Shown one piece after another: positions 1 to 10,399 of a stretch of DNA of 64,000 bases. Location of the stretch: NCBI GenBank assembly GCA_963785235.1, contig CAWAUM010000001.1:64001-128000 (forward strand), in the 5' to 3' direction. The position numbers were made by a program, and so were the translations under genes. Source of the stretch: an uncultured delta proteobacterium. Its GTDB lineage: Bacteria; Desulfobacterota; Desulfomonilia; UBA1062. Under the pieces are notes generated by a model that made no database searches, was not told the DNA's origin, and saw only the letters and a program-made list of their open reading frames with translations. Position 1 is the first letter of the stretch. Every line of letters begins with the position of its first letter.

Positions 1-62
1 GCTTCGCAAAGGCTGCGAGATTAAGTTTTTAACGGATCAAGGTTTAGGCATCTCAAATACAA
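1..62 (-). repeat. Partial copy of the hairpin MITE-like repeat family (cut by the window edge)
   Basis: Reverse complement gtatttgagatgcctaaaccttgatccgttaaaaacttaatctcgcagcctttgcg aligns with the left half of the copy at 55361-55420. Confidence 0.8.
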
Positions 63-149
63 AGACTGTAATATTCATACTGATTCCAAATTATGTTCAT
101 GTGACTATTGAGATTGATTTCACTATTTATGAGGGAGTATAGGAATTCC

Positions 150-446
150 ATGCAGTATTTAAGAATCGTATTTGCCATCCTCATGTTGTTTGTGGTGATC
201 ACTTTTTGTGTAAACAACATACAGGCCTTTACCCTTTCTTTTCTGGGCTACCGGTTCATGGTGCCTCTCCAGCTCTGGACACTCATGGTGGTCTTCTTTG
301 TGGCCGGAATGGTTCCCATTATCGCAATAGAGCTTCCCCGGCATGCATCCCATTATCTCAGGATGCGGGCCATTAAGAGCCAGATCCGGCAGGAGGAGGA
401 AGCACTGCGCCAACTTGGCGGCTCACCGGGAGAACCGGCGAAATAG
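150..446 (+). CDS. LapA/DUF1049-like small membrane protein
   Basis: Two TM helices separated by an N..(F)TL.FL motif, then a C-terminal coiled coil; ATG at 150 follows a purine-rich RBS. Confidence 0.65.
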   Translation: MQYLRIVFAILMLFVVITFCVNNIQAFTLSFLGYRFMVPLQLWTLMVVFFVAGMVPIIAIELPRHASHYLRMRAIKSQIRQEEEALRQLGGSPGEPAK

Positions 447-1044
447 GTTTCTTAAGAAAGGCACGATCTTTGATGGAAACCACAGGCGGCTCAGGGCGTT
501 TCCCTTGGCATGCTGCCTGTTCTCTTCAGCAGACAGGAGTACAGGATTAAGCTTGGCCTTCACCTTCAGGTATCCCATCCAGTCTATCCTGCATAGCATC
601 CTCCACAACGGCCCTTTAAAGGGTGTGTAGAAGCTTGCGGCAAAGTCCACAAGATAGGGCATGCCCGTCATCGTCAATGCCGTAGTTCCTGCGGTTGCGC
701 ATGTCCAGGTGTACAACACCCTGCAGATGGACTGCCTTGATGAGTTCCTCCAGGTTGTTGAAATAGGCCTCGTCAGGTTTGCTTCCCCGCGCCCTCAGGT
801 CATGCCCCCCCATGAAGGTGGTTGTGATGGTATAGGCATCCGGGCTCTGTATGACGTCAGGGATGCCGGTGACGCCTTTTATTTTTGAATAGATATATGT
901 CTCCCAGCGCACCAGGAGCGAACCGGACTTTTTAACCAGCCAAGGCTTGTTCCGATACGTCTTTTCCACAAGGGGCGCCCCGTCCTGGTAGATCAGGTGT
1001 ACATCAGGACCGTAGAGTCGTTTCCTTTTGAGCGATGTCTCCAT
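423..1044 (-). CDS. RIO/Kdo-like atypical protein kinase-fold protein, frameshifted near 660
   Basis: ORF 616-1092 carries VEK and HLDMRNRRN (catalytic loop); ORF 423-719 continues with PYLVDFA (DFG equivalent). Confidence 0.65.
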
Positions 1045-1128
1045 GGTTTTCGTCTTCTGCATGTTATTTAAAGCTTGTCTACGCTCTATCATTGCATGCC
1101 AGGATGCGCAATGGTAGGATTTTACCCT

Positions 1129-3090
1129 ATGGATAAGAGAATGAAAAAAGCCATTACCGGTAAATTGACATGGAACCCCAAGGGATACGCCTTTGTGGAT
1201 GCCAAGGGTTTGGATGACGGGGTCTTCATCCCCCCGGAGGCCATGAACGGCGCCCTTGACGGAGACCTTGTGGAGGTGAGCGTATGGCGCGACCGCAAGG
1301 GCTTACGGGGCAAGGTCGTATCCATCATCACCCAATCCAGGCGCACCATAAGCGGAAAGTATGTGAGGCTGCGCAAGTTCGGTGTCCTGGAGCCTGCAAG
1401 GCCGATACCGTACACCATAATCGTCCCGCTGGGCTCCGAGGGTGATGCCCGCAGCGGCGATATGGTTACTGTCACAATAGTCCCCCCAAAGGGCATCAGG
1501 AAGGTGGGCACACTGGAGGCCAAGGTGGACAGGTCGCTTTCCATCCCGGATGGCGTGGGGGATGACCTGAGGATGGTGACGGTCAAATACGGCCTTTCCT
1601 GGGGTTTTCCCGAGGAGGTTCAAGGCGAGGCCGAGCGTGCAAGCCGCATCGATATGAACAAAGAGCTTCTCCGCCGCACGGATCTCAGGGGGCGGGTGCT
1701 CTTCACCATCGACGGCGTCAATGCCCGGGACTTCGATGATGCCGTCGGCATCGAACGGCTTGAAGACAAGACAATGCTGCTTACCGTTGCCATCGCAGAT
1801 GTGGCGCATGCAGTAAAGCCGGGCACCGCACTGGACATGGAGGCCAGGGCCAGGTCGTTCAGCGTCTACTTTCCCGAGGTCGCCATACCCATGCTCCCAG
1901 AGGTGCTCTGCAATGATGTAATGAGCCTCAAGCCCGATCAGGAAAGGCTTGCCATGGCTGTTGAGATCGTCATCGGCCCCAGGGGCAAGGTGGTCTCTCA
2001 TAAGGTCTTCGAGGCTGTCATAAGGTCCCGCGCCCGGCTCACCTATGATGAGGTGGGGCTGTTCCTGGAGGGAAAGGCCCCTGAAAAGGCCTTTGATGAT
2101 GAGATAGCCTGGCGGCTGGGCGAACTCCACAAGCTCTCAATGCACCTGCGGGAACGCAGAAGAAAGCGGGGCGGCCTGGACTTTGACATGTCAAAGGTGG
2201 AGATGACGACCGACAGCACAGGGAAGGTGGAGGGCATCAAGAGGTCCAGGAACGGACCGGCCGAGAGGCTCATCGAGGAGGCCATGCTCCTGGCGAACCA
2301 GACGGTATGCACGTTTTTATTGGAACACCACATGCCTGTGCTGTTCCGTGTGCACGAGCCACCAAAGACCGAAGACCTCCTGGAACTCATGGAGACCTTG
2401 GGCGAGATCGGGTTCTCATCCGCACTCCTGGGCCGGCTCAAGAAGGCGGCTACTTCATCGGAGAATGTCTCGAGCGTGCTCCAGGCCATTTCCGATTCCT
2501 ACAAGGGGAAAGACCTGGAGGGTTTTGTGAACACCAACATCTTGAGGTCACTGACCAGGGCGCAGTATTCAGCCGAAGACCTGGGTCATTTCGGGCTGGC
2601 CTGCACGGGGTATCTCCACTTTACCTCACCCATCAGGAGATACCCTGACCTGGTAATACACCGGCTCGTCAAGGCTGCCCTGGAACCCAAGGGCGCAACC
2701 AAGAAGGAGCAGGATATTAGCCTGAAAAATCTCAAGAAGGTGGCCCCCGAGGTGACCGAGCGGGAGAAGATCACGGATGATGCGATGATGGAGGCGCTCA
2801 AGATAAAGGCTGCCGCCTTCATGGCGTCGCGCCTGGGCGATGAGTTCGAGGCCGTGATCACGAGCATAATGCCGTACGGCATGTTCATCGAGGTCATTGA
2901 TCCGCCCGTTGACGGGCTGATAAGGAATGATACCTTTCAGGGCGAACCTTCACGAAGGGGCAAGCGGTCGCAGTCACCACGGCAGACCATAGGACAGATC
3001 GTTCAGGTAAAGCTCATCCGGGCGGACAGGACCAACGGCCAGCTCGATTTCTCGCTTCGTTTAGGGCGTGGTAATTCTGAAAAGGCATGA
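1129..3090 (+). CDS. rnr: Ribonuclease R (RNB family)
   Basis: N-terminal cold-shock domain (KGYAFV, ALDGD), TIDG..ARDFDDA catalytic motif, HFTSPIRRYPDL, C-terminal S1 domain. Confidence 0.92.
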   Translation: MDKRMKKAITGKLTWNPKGYAFVDAKGLDDGVFIPPEAMNGALDGDLVEVSVWRDRKGLRGKVVSIITQSRRTISGKYVRLRKFGVLEPARPIPYTIIVPLGSEGDARSGDMVTVTIVPPKGIRKVGTLEAKVDRSLSIPDGVGDDLRMVTVKYGLSWGFPEEVQGEAERASRIDMNKELLRRTDLRGRVLFTIDGVNARDFDDAVGIERLEDKTMLLTVAIADVAHAVKPGTALDMEARARSFSVYFPEVAIPMLPEVLCNDVMSLKPDQERLAMAVEIVIGPRGKVVSHKVFEAVIRSRARLTYDEVGLFLEGKAPEKAFDDEIAWRLGELHKLSMHLRERRRKRGGLDFDMSKVEMTTDSTGKVEGIKRSRNGPAERLIEEAMLLANQTVCTFLLEHHMPVLFRVHEPPKTEDLLELMETLGEIGFSSALLGRLKKAATSSENVSSVLQAISDSYKGKDLEGFVNTNILRSLTRAQYSAEDLGHFGLACTGYLHFTSPIRRYPDLVIHRLVKAALEPKGATKKEQDISLKNLKKVAPEVTEREKITDDAMMEALKIKAAAFMASRLGDEFEAVITSIMPYGMFIEVIDPPVDGLIRNDTFQGEPSRRGKRSQSPRQTIGQIVQVKLIRADRTNGQLDFSLRLGRGNSEKA

Positions 3091-3113
3091 AGTTTTAAAT
3101 ACAGGAGAAATCA

Positions 3114-3473
3114 ATGTCAGTGAATAATGAGTTTGTGCGCTATGCCCTCGACCAGTTGAGAGGTCTGGGCGTTGTCACCTCCCGCAAGATGTTCGGCGGG
3201 GCAGGCCTCTATCTGGACGGCACCATCTTCGCCCTTATCGCCTACGATACCCTCTATTTCAAGGTGGATGAAACGAACCGGTCCGATTTTGAACAGGCCG
3301 GTATGGAACCCTTCAAGCCCTTTGACGAGACACCATATGTCATGAGCTACTATGAAGTGCCCATTGACGTTCTGGAAGACAGTGACGACCTCGTGGAATG
3401 GGCAAGGAAGGCGCTCGCTGCAGCGCGCCGGGCGCCTGCAAAGAAAAAGAAGGCGGGTAAGAAAAAAGACTGA
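3114..3473 (+). CDS. TfoX/Sxy N-terminal domain protein
   Basis: RKMFGGAGLY, LYFKVD, MSYYEVP, WAR.AL motifs; AGGAG RBS. Confidence 0.88.
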   Translation: MSVNNEFVRYALDQLRGLGVVTSRKMFGGAGLYLDGTIFALIAYDTLYFKVDETNRSDFEQAGMEPFKPFDETPYVMSYYEVPIDVLEDSDDLVEWARKALAAARRAPAKKKKAGKKKD

Positions 3474-3496
3474 TGCGTGGTTGGGCTTTTTTCTCC

Positions 3497-3600
3497 CGGA
3501 CCTATTTTTAAAAAAAGACAATTTCCACCATGAGTTTTATGCTTAAGGCCACTTGAAGCCGTGTGTATTTATGTGTACATTCAATCTCAAAATCCGGATT
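3497..3600 (+). repeat. Right-half copy of the MITE-like repeat
   Basis: cggacctatttttaaaaaa...tgagttttatgcttaag...ttcaatctcaaaatccggatt matches the right halves at 55468-55520 and 27242-27338. Confidence 0.7.
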
Positions 3601-3602
3601 TA

Positions 3603-4655
3603 TCACTTCACATCCCTGGCTTCGCCGAATTTCAGAATCCAGAACTCGGATGCCGGGACACCGTGTTGTTTAAGTGCCTCCGACAGGTCCTTTTCATGGG
3701 AATCAATGGTTTGTTCCGGGTGTTCCACAAAGGTCCCGAAATGCATGCCCACACTCTGCTGCGACCCTAAGAGCATATGCGCCCTCACTGCATCGTCCGG
3801 GTTCATGTGCTGGTTTTTCATGAACCACCTCTTTTCATAGTTGCCCATGGGGAAGATGGTCAGACGAAACCCTGCATAGCGTTCTTTTATCTTATCCAGG
3901 AAACCGCCATACCCCGTGTCCCCTGCAAAATAGACCCTTCCGTGTGCCCCTTCCATGATAAAGCCCCCCCACAGGGTGGCATTCTCTTCAAAAATCCTCC
4001 GGCCCGAGGTATGGAGCGCAGGCACAAAGACAAACTTCATGTTTGAAGATTTCAGGACATACTCCTGCCACCAGTCCAGTTGAATGACCTTTGAAAGCCC
4101 ATCTGATTCCAGTAACGGCTTTACACCCAAGCCGGTCAGGACAAGGGGCTGATCCCGGGCACAAAGGGTATGTAATGTGGGCAGATCCAGGTGGTCATAG
4201 TGGTCATGGCTGATGAGGATCACATCTATCCTGGGCAGGTCCTCCATCTTCACCCCGGGAGAACGGACCCGCTTGGTGCCGAGCCATGAATAAGGGCCGG
4301 CGCGGTCTGACCATATGGGGTCGGTGAGGATATTCAAAGAGTCCATCTGGATCAGGACAGTTGCGTGATTGATATACGTGACCCGCAGTCCGCCATCGCC
4401 TACACGTTCAGGGGGTTTTGGCTGCACAGGGTCATCTACCCATTCCGGCCAGGAGGTGGTCTCCATCTCCCAGAGCCACTTCACCATGTCGCCGAAGGTA
4501 TGGTCGGGCACATCATTGTAAAAGCGCTTACCGTCGAAGTGGTCGGAGACCTGTCCGGTATAGAGGGAAGCGCTCCACAAAGGGGTGACCGCGCAGAGAA
4601 AAACTGCCATCAACGCACCTGTTATACCGGGTAGGGCCTTTTTTGATAAGGACAT
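3603..4655 (-). CDS. Exported MBL-fold metallo-hydrolase (NAPE-PLD/RomA-like)
   Basis: Signal peptide; LTDPIWS, SHDHYDHLD, YFAGDTGY, HMNP and MHFGTF motifs. Confidence 0.9.
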   Translation of the reverse strand: MSLSKKALPGITGALMAVFLCAVTPLWSASLYTGQVSDHFDGKRFYNDVPDHTFGDMVKWLWEMETTSWPEWVDDPVQPKPPERVGDGGLRVTYINHATVLIQMDSLNILTDPIWSDRAGPYSWLGTKRVRSPGVKMEDLPRIDVILISHDHYDHLDLPTLHTLCARDQPLVLTGLGVKPLLESDGLSKVIQLDWWQEYVLKSSNMKFVFVPALHTSGRRIFEENATLWGGFIMEGAHGRVYFAGDTGYGGFLDKIKERYAGFRLTIFPMGNYEKRWFMKNQHMNPDDAVRAHMLLGSQQSVGMHFGTFVEHPEQTIDSHEKDLSEALKQHGVPASEFWILKFGEARDVK

Positions 4656-4736
4656 ATATTCCAACTATACTACGGATCCTCGGATTTTCATTTGAGAATC
4701 TGACAAAATTGTATGTATCTCCTCAATGAAAGGGCA

Positions 4737-4771
4737 TGACAGCGGGGCTGGAGTATACTGCCCCGCTGTCA
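4737..4771 (-). terminator. GC-rich hairpin downstream of the CpxP-like gene
   Basis: tgacagcgggg...ccccgctgtca inverted repeat 12 nt after the stop codon; no clear U-tract. Confidence 0.5.
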
Positions 4772-4783
4772 CAGGTGCCGGAA

Positions 4784-5237
4784 TCAGGAACGCCAGTTGA
4801 AACACCTGCGCTCTTTGCCCATGTGATCGATGAGCTTCTTCTGCTGCTCCGGATTCAGGATGTTGTAGAACTCCACGAAGTAATCGACAAGCTTCACTCG
4901 TGGATCGCCCTCTTGTGCAAACTGCTTTTTCAGCTGGGCTGCCATGGCATTCACATCAGGGCGCTCTCCCTTGAGATCCTTCTCCATATCTGTGTGCAGC
5001 TGTTTCATGGTGTCCATGTGTTTTCGCACATCTACTTCAAGGCGACTGCGGATGTTCTGATACTTTGTCTGCTGCTCGGCCGTGAGGCCCAGCTCTTTCA
5101 CCTCGCTGTCGACCTTTTTCAGGATGTTATCCGGTGAATGCCCCTTAGTCCAACATCCCCTCTCGCAACCCCCCATGGTAATGGCTACTATTAAACCTGC
5201 CAATCCGAGTACCATCGATCTTTAGCGTCTTTTTCAT
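4784..5237 (-). CDS. Spy/CpxP-family periplasmic protein (probable N-terminal frameshift)
   Basis: LGLTAEQQ and ILNPEQQ (LTxxQ) motifs; AAGGAG RBS precedes ATG 5237 (MKKTLK), which is out of frame with ORF 4784-5215. Confidence 0.75.
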
Positions 5238-5313
5238 GCTGTTCTCCTTAAGTTCATTTCTGTGTAATGGTTAGGGGTATACGCCGGGTTTGTAAAAAGG
5301 ATTTTTTGAGAAT

Positions 5314-5328
5314 GTAAAAAAGTGTTAA
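5314..5328 (+). promoter_or_regulatory. Candidate CpxR/OmpR-type direct-repeat box
   Basis: GTAAA-aaagt-GTTAA resembles the CpxR consensus GTAAA-N5-GTAAA; lies between the divergent cpxP-like and response regulator genes. Confidence 0.4.
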
Positions 5329-5381
5329 GGGTTGAAAAACAGTGTAAATGGTCTTGCCAGGGAGAAAGGATCCGGCTCAAT

Positions 5382-6083
5382 ATGAAAAAGATGCTGCTGG
5401 TGGATGACGATACCAAGCTCCAGGAACTACTCAGGACATACCTGGAAAAGTACGGATTCACAGTGAGGTCCTTATTGAGTGGTATGAAGATCATGGAAGC
5501 CATTGCCGAAGACAAGCCCGACATCATCATCCTTGATATCATGATGCCGGGTCATGACGGGCTGGAGGTGCTCAAGGAGATCCGCAGCCGTCATGCCGTC
5601 CCGGTGATCATGCTCACGGCCCGGGGTGATGACATGGACAGGATCGTAGGCCTGGAGCTCGGTGCCGACGATTACCTGGCCAAGCCGTTCAACCCCCGTG
5701 AGCTCCTGGCCCGGATGAAGGCGGTGTTACGGAGGGTAGAGGCCGATACGTCTGCGCAAAAAACTCCCGACGTCAAGGATACCATCCGTATCGGGGAACT
5801 GGAATTGGATCTTCCCCGGCAGGTCCTCAGGTTCAAAGGGCGGCAGGCCGAGCTCTCCACCGCGGAGTTCAAGCTGCTGGAGGCCATGATGGAAAGGCCC
5901 AATACCGTCTTGAGCCGTGATACCCTCATGAACCTGGCCCGTGGCAGGGACTTCATGGCCTTTGACCGCAGCATCGATGTCCACATCAGCCATCTCAGGG
6001 CAAAGCTTGAATCGCTCACCGGAAATCGTGACTGGATCAAGACCCACTGGGGATCAGGATATATATTCGTGGACAGGTCATGA
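5382..6083 (+). CDS. OmpR/CpxR-family response regulator
   Basis: Receiver motifs (VDDD, LDIMMP, GADDYLAKPF) and winged helix (RSIDVHISHLRAKL, WGSGY). Confidence 0.95.
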   Translation: MKKMLLVDDDTKLQELLRTYLEKYGFTVRSLLSGMKIMEAIAEDKPDIIILDIMMPGHDGLEVLKEIRSRHAVPVIMLTARGDDMDRIVGLELGADDYLAKPFNPRELLARMKAVLRRVEADTSAQKTPDVKDTIRIGELELDLPRQVLRFKGRQAELSTAEFKLLEAMMERPNTVLSRDTLMNLARGRDFMAFDRSIDVHISHLRAKLESLTGNRDWIKTHWGSGYIFVDRS

Positions 6084-7459
6084 GAATCTCCAAGCTATAC
6101 CTCAAGTTTTTCCTCTCGTTTATAATCATTTTCTTCATTACCGGGATCCTTATCTTCGCCCTGTTCCACATGGTTGCCCGTAAGGGCATGTTTGATGAGT
6201 TTTATCAGATAGTGGAGGCCAACAAATTCGTTATAACCGAACTTCTGGAAGAACGGATACAGGCCCCTGGCGCGCAGAAGCTTGAAGATAATGGTTCAAT
6301 CCGGGATCTCCTCAACAGGCTTGCACAATTATATGAAGCCAAATTCTGGATAACAGACAGTGAAGGCAGAACCCTTGTGCGCACCTTTGGGGGTGGTGTC
6401 CCAGACACAACTCAGACCAATCTAAAGAGATTCAGGTGCTTTGCCCATATTCGATCAGGCACGGATGCAGGTAAACCGTATATGGGCATGCCGGTCAAGC
6501 TGGCCGGGGGTGAGGCCGGCATGCTGCATGTTGTTCTCCATGGGTCAAGACACAAATTTGCAGAGGGCCCCTTTGCCCTGGGCCTTATGGCTATCGGGCT
6601 CATCGTGGCGCTGCTCATCCTGCCCATCTACCGATTTATCAGCGAACCCTTAGGTGAGCTGAGGCATGCCGCCCAGGGAATTGCAGGGGGCGACCTCTCC
6701 TGCCGGGCCTCTGTGAAGAGCAATGACGAGATCGGCGAATTGGCAGGGGCCTTCAACCACATGGCCGAGACCATCGAGCGCATGGTTAAAACCACCAAAG
6801 AGCTTACAGCAAACGTTTCCCATGAGCTCCGCTCGCCCCTGGCCCGGATCCGTATCGCCCAGGAACTGCTCCTGGAAAAGCTCCACGACCCGGCCCAGGA
6901 GAAGAAATATCTGGAAAGCATCCAGGAGGAGATCGAGGAAATGGATCACCTCATCGGAGAAATCCTCACCCTTTCAAAGCTCGATATCCAGCAGGCGCAA
7001 GGCATCAGTGAAGACTTCGACATGCAAACGCTGGCAGGCGACCTCCTGAGCCGGTTTGGCCCCAGCATCGCTCACAAGCGCATCAGGCTTGTTGCTGAGC
7101 TCCCGCAGGCGCCGCTGACCATCCATGCCAGGCGCGAGGAGATCCGCACGGCGCTCGCCAACCTCCTGGACAATGCCGTCAAGTTCACCCCCGAAGAAGG
7201 GGAGATCATTCTCGCAGCGGCCAAGGCCCCGGGCGTTGTGAAGGTAGTCGTCATGAATACCTGTGAACCCATCGGCGAAGAAGACCTCAAAAGAATCTTT
7301 GAGCCGTTCTTCCGAATACAAGGGGAAGCCGGCCGCGGCACAGGGCTCGGTCTTGCCATAACCAGAAAGATCGTGGAAAGGCATCCGGGAAGCCTTAATG
7401 CATCATATAGAGAGGGTAAGCTCATCGTGGAAATGTCTTTGCCGGAAAAGGTAATATAA
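6080..7459 (+). CDS. HAMP-domain sensor histidine kinase (CpxA-like)
   Basis: Two TM helices, HAMP (DEIGELAGAFN), H-box VSHELRSPL, N-box NLLDNAVKF, G-box GTGLGL; ATGA overlap with the regulator. Confidence 0.95.
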   Translation: MRISKLYLKFFLSFIIIFFITGILIFALFHMVARKGMFDEFYQIVEANKFVITELLEERIQAPGAQKLEDNGSIRDLLNRLAQLYEAKFWITDSEGRTLVRTFGGGVPDTTQTNLKRFRCFAHIRSGTDAGKPYMGMPVKLAGGEAGMLHVVLHGSRHKFAEGPFALGLMAIGLIVALLILPIYRFISEPLGELRHAAQGIAGGDLSCRASVKSNDEIGELAGAFNHMAETIERMVKTTKELTANVSHELRSPLARIRIAQELLLEKLHDPAQEKKYLESIQEEIEEMDHLIGEILTLSKLDIQQAQGISEDFDMQTLAGDLLSRFGPSIAHKRIRLVAELPQAPLTIHARREEIRTALANLLDNAVKFTPEEGEIILAAAKAPGVVKVVVMNTCEPIGEEDLKRIFEPFFRIQGEAGRGTGLGLAITRKIVERHPGSLNASYREGKLIVEMSLPEKVI

Positions 7460-7904
7460 GATAGATCTCTTCTTTGCCGTGAAGGAAATTGAATACGTTC
7501 AGTACATATACTATCGATTGCTCCACAAATAGCCACCTGGATGATTAAATCCCAATTCGACAGTGTGTTAATGTATCGGTTTGCATCTTCCTTTGTCTCT
7601 GTACGGGGGAATTTTTAGCTGCTTTGACTCATCATCTTTATTTCCCTGTCTTCTTATCTCAAGTCCGGTGATGCACTCATCACAGATGCTATGACTGGAT
7701 TTCAGCGATTGCTGGCCTAGTGAGTAGTTTCAATACTCACCCCCCCTGGTGCGGTGATGACATAAAGACCAACACCGGTTTCCAGGCATCTTGAAAAAGT
7801 GATGTTATCACGATAATATCTAACTTATAAAAGTGAACAGTCCTGATAGCAACCGAAGATGGACCTGTACCTGTATGTATGAGAGCCATGAAAGGAGATC
7901 ATGT

Positions 7905-8813
7905 ATGGAAGACCTCAGGACACCTGACATGCCTGAATGGATCAGCGATATGCTCCCAGCCCGGGTTCGCCGCAAGGTTGTGGATGTCGGCGGGGAGAGC
8001 ATGCATGTCATGGAATGGGGCAAGGGGATGCCGGTGCTCATGCTCCATGGCAATCCAACATGGGGCTTCCTGTACCGAAAAATAGTACACCTCCTTGAGG
8101 ATGTGCCGCTTCATTGCATTGTCCCGGATCTCATCGGCCTGGGCTTTTCCAGCAAGCCTAAGGTATTGAAGGAGCACAGCCTCCTCAGCCACGCCTCATG
8201 GCTGGGTTCCTTTATTGATTCCTTGGGGACTGAAGGGCTGATCCTCGTATGCCAGGACTGGGGAGGACCCATCGGGGTGAGGGCCCTGGCCCACAGGCCG
8301 CATCTGTTGAAGGGCCTGGTGGTCCTGAACACCGCATTGAGGCCGCCCCACCAGGGATTTCACCCCACCATGTTCCACCGGTTCAGCAACCTCCCCATTA
8401 TCAGCGATTTTGTGTTCAGGGTCCTGGGATTTCCGCAGAATGTCCTGGCCAAGACACAGGGCGATCCATCATCCATTGCGGGCAAGGTGGCCCGGGCCTA
8501 CCGATACCCGCTCTGCCACATTGCCGACCGCGCCGCTCCGCTGGCCCTTGCCCGCATGGTGCCGTCATCTCTCACGCACCCGAGCGTTCAGGAACTTCAG
8601 GTATGTGAGGGATTCATCCGGGGCTTTAAGGGACCTAGCGCCATTGTGTGGGGGGAGAAAGACCCTATCCTGGGCAGGGTGCTTCGCCGGGTGATGGAAA
8701 TCCTGCCTGATGCGCCGGTTACGCGCACAAAGGCCGGGCATTTTATCCAGGAAGAAGAGCCCGCTGCCATTGCCCGGGCAATAACAGAGGTGTATGGGCG
8801 CTGCTCAGTCTGA
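7905..8813 (+). CDS. Haloalkane dehalogenase-like alpha/beta hydrolase
   Basis: HGNPTW, PDLIGLG.S, nucleophile QDWGG, AGHFIQE; AAGGAG RBS. Confidence 0.85.
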   Translation: MEDLRTPDMPEWISDMLPARVRRKVVDVGGESMHVMEWGKGMPVLMLHGNPTWGFLYRKIVHLLEDVPLHCIVPDLIGLGFSSKPKVLKEHSLLSHASWLGSFIDSLGTEGLILVCQDWGGPIGVRALAHRPHLLKGLVVLNTALRPPHQGFHPTMFHRFSNLPIISDFVFRVLGFPQNVLAKTQGDPSSIAGKVARAYRYPLCHIADRAAPLALARMVPSSLTHPSVQELQVCEGFIRGFKGPSAIVWGEKDPILGRVLRRVMEILPDAPVTRTKAGHFIQEEEPAAIARAITEVYGRCSV

Positions 8814-8855
8814 TGCAAGGAGCTGTTTTGGGATGTAAGCACCTTGGGAGAGACA

Positions 8856-9593
8856 CTATTTCTTGTGCTTCAGCGCGGCACCGCCCAGGTAGGCCTCCTG
8901 GATCTTCTCGTCCGATTTGAGGATGTGGGCGGGCCCGGAGGCTGCGATCCTGCCGTTCTCCAGAACATAGCCCCTTGTGGCAACGCTCAGGGCCTTGTGT
9001 GCGTTCTGCTCCACCAGGAGGATGGACACCCCCTGGCTGTTGATTTCCCGGATGATGTCGAAGATCTGCTTGACCAGGATGGGCGCCAGGCCCAGCGAAG
9101 GCTCGTCCAGCAGGAGAAGCCTGGGGCTGCTCATGAGCGCGCGCCCGATTGCCAGCATCTGCTGCTCGCCGCCTGAGAGAGTCCCTGCAAGCTGCTTGTT
9201 GCGTTCCTTCAGGATGGGGAACAGGGAAAAGACGCGTTCCTTTGCCTTGACGATCTCTTCTTTGTGTTTTCTGCGGGTGAATGCGCCGAGGTTGAGGTTC
9301 TCGTCCACGGTGTGCGTGGGGAACACCCTGCGCCCCTCCGGGGACAGCGAGATGCCCTTGACCACGATCTCATAGGCAGGGACCTTGTTGAGCGTCGCTC
9401 CGGCATAGGTGATGGTGCCGCTGGTGATGGGGATGAGCCCGCACACGGCCTGGAGCAGGGTGGACTTGCCTGCCCCGTTGGCGCCCAGCACCGTGACGAC
9501 CTCGCCCTCGTCCAGGCTGATGCTGATCCCCTTGAGGACCTCACGGGCGCCGTAGCGGATATGGAGGTCACCAACGGACAACAGGGCCGACAT
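8856..9593 (-). CDS. livF: Branched-chain amino acid ABC transporter ATP-binding protein
   Basis: GANGAGKST, LSGGEQQM, LDEPSLGLAP, EAYLG. Confidence 0.9.
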   Translation of the reverse strand: MSALLSVGDLHIRYGAREVLKGISISLDEGEVVTVLGANGAGKSTLLQAVCGLIPITSGTITYAGATLNKVPAYEIVVKGISLSPEGRRVFPTHTVDENLNLGAFTRRKHKEEIVKAKERVFSLFPILKERNKQLAGTLSGGEQQMLAIGRALMSSPRLLLLDEPSLGLAPILVKQIFDIIREINSQGVSILLVEQNAHKALSVATRGYVLENGRIAASGPAHILKSDEKIQEAYLGGAALKHKK

Positions 9594-10399
9594 GCTCTTC
9601 TCCTTCGTCATCCTTGCCCAGGTAGGCCTCGATCACGTCCGGGTTGTTGTAGATCTCCAGAGGCGGGCCTTCTGCGATCTTTTTCCCCTCGTCCATAACC
9701 ACCACCCAGTCGGAGATGCCCATGACCACGTTCATGTCATGCTCGATGAGCCAGGATGGTCAGCGCCTCGACGCGGATGAGTTCCTTCAGGAATTCCATG
9801 AGGTCGTGGGTCTCGTTGGGGTTCAGGCCGCTGCTGGGCTCGTCCAGCACCAGAAGCTCCGGGCCCGATGCAAGCGCCCGTGCGATCTCCAGCATACGCT
9901 GCGACCCGTAGGCCACGTTCTTTGGCGAGCTCGTCTTTGAACTCCCAGAGGTCCACCTGCCTGATCCTCTCTTCGGCCACCTCCCTGATCCGCGTTCCTC
10001 TCTCCTCATGCCGGGTGTCCTGAACACAGAGGAGATAAGCCCTGAGGTCGCCCTGCAGTGCTGGCCTGCCATGACATTTTCCAGGCAGGTCATATCCGGG
10101 AAGAGCCGGATGTTCTGGAAGGTCCGCGCGATGCCGGAGGAAATGATCTGGTATGGCTTCCTGCCCGTGATGCGTTCTTCCTTGAAGAACACGTCGCCGT
10201 GCTCGGGGTTGTAGATGCCCGTCACCACGTTGAACACCGTGGTCTTGCCCGCGCCGTTGGGGCCGATGAGGCTCAGGATCTCACCCTTGCGCACACTCAG
10301 GTCAAAGTCGCTTACCGCCTTGAGCCCCCCGAAGATCTTGGTGAGCCCCCTTGTCTCAAGGAGGATGTCATTGGTGCTGCGCGGTTTAGACTGCTCCAT
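9568..10399 (-). CDS. livG: Branched-chain amino acid ABC transporter ATP-binding protein, frameshifted
   Basis: FGGLKAV, GPNGAGKTT, ARTFQNIRLF, LDEPSSGLN; the C-terminal AYLG continues in another frame to TGA at 9568. Confidence 0.8.

Noticed and set aside
7460-7900. 440-bp intergenic region as a possible gene remnant or sRNA
   Set aside because: No recognisable motif, convincing ORF or stable structure seen
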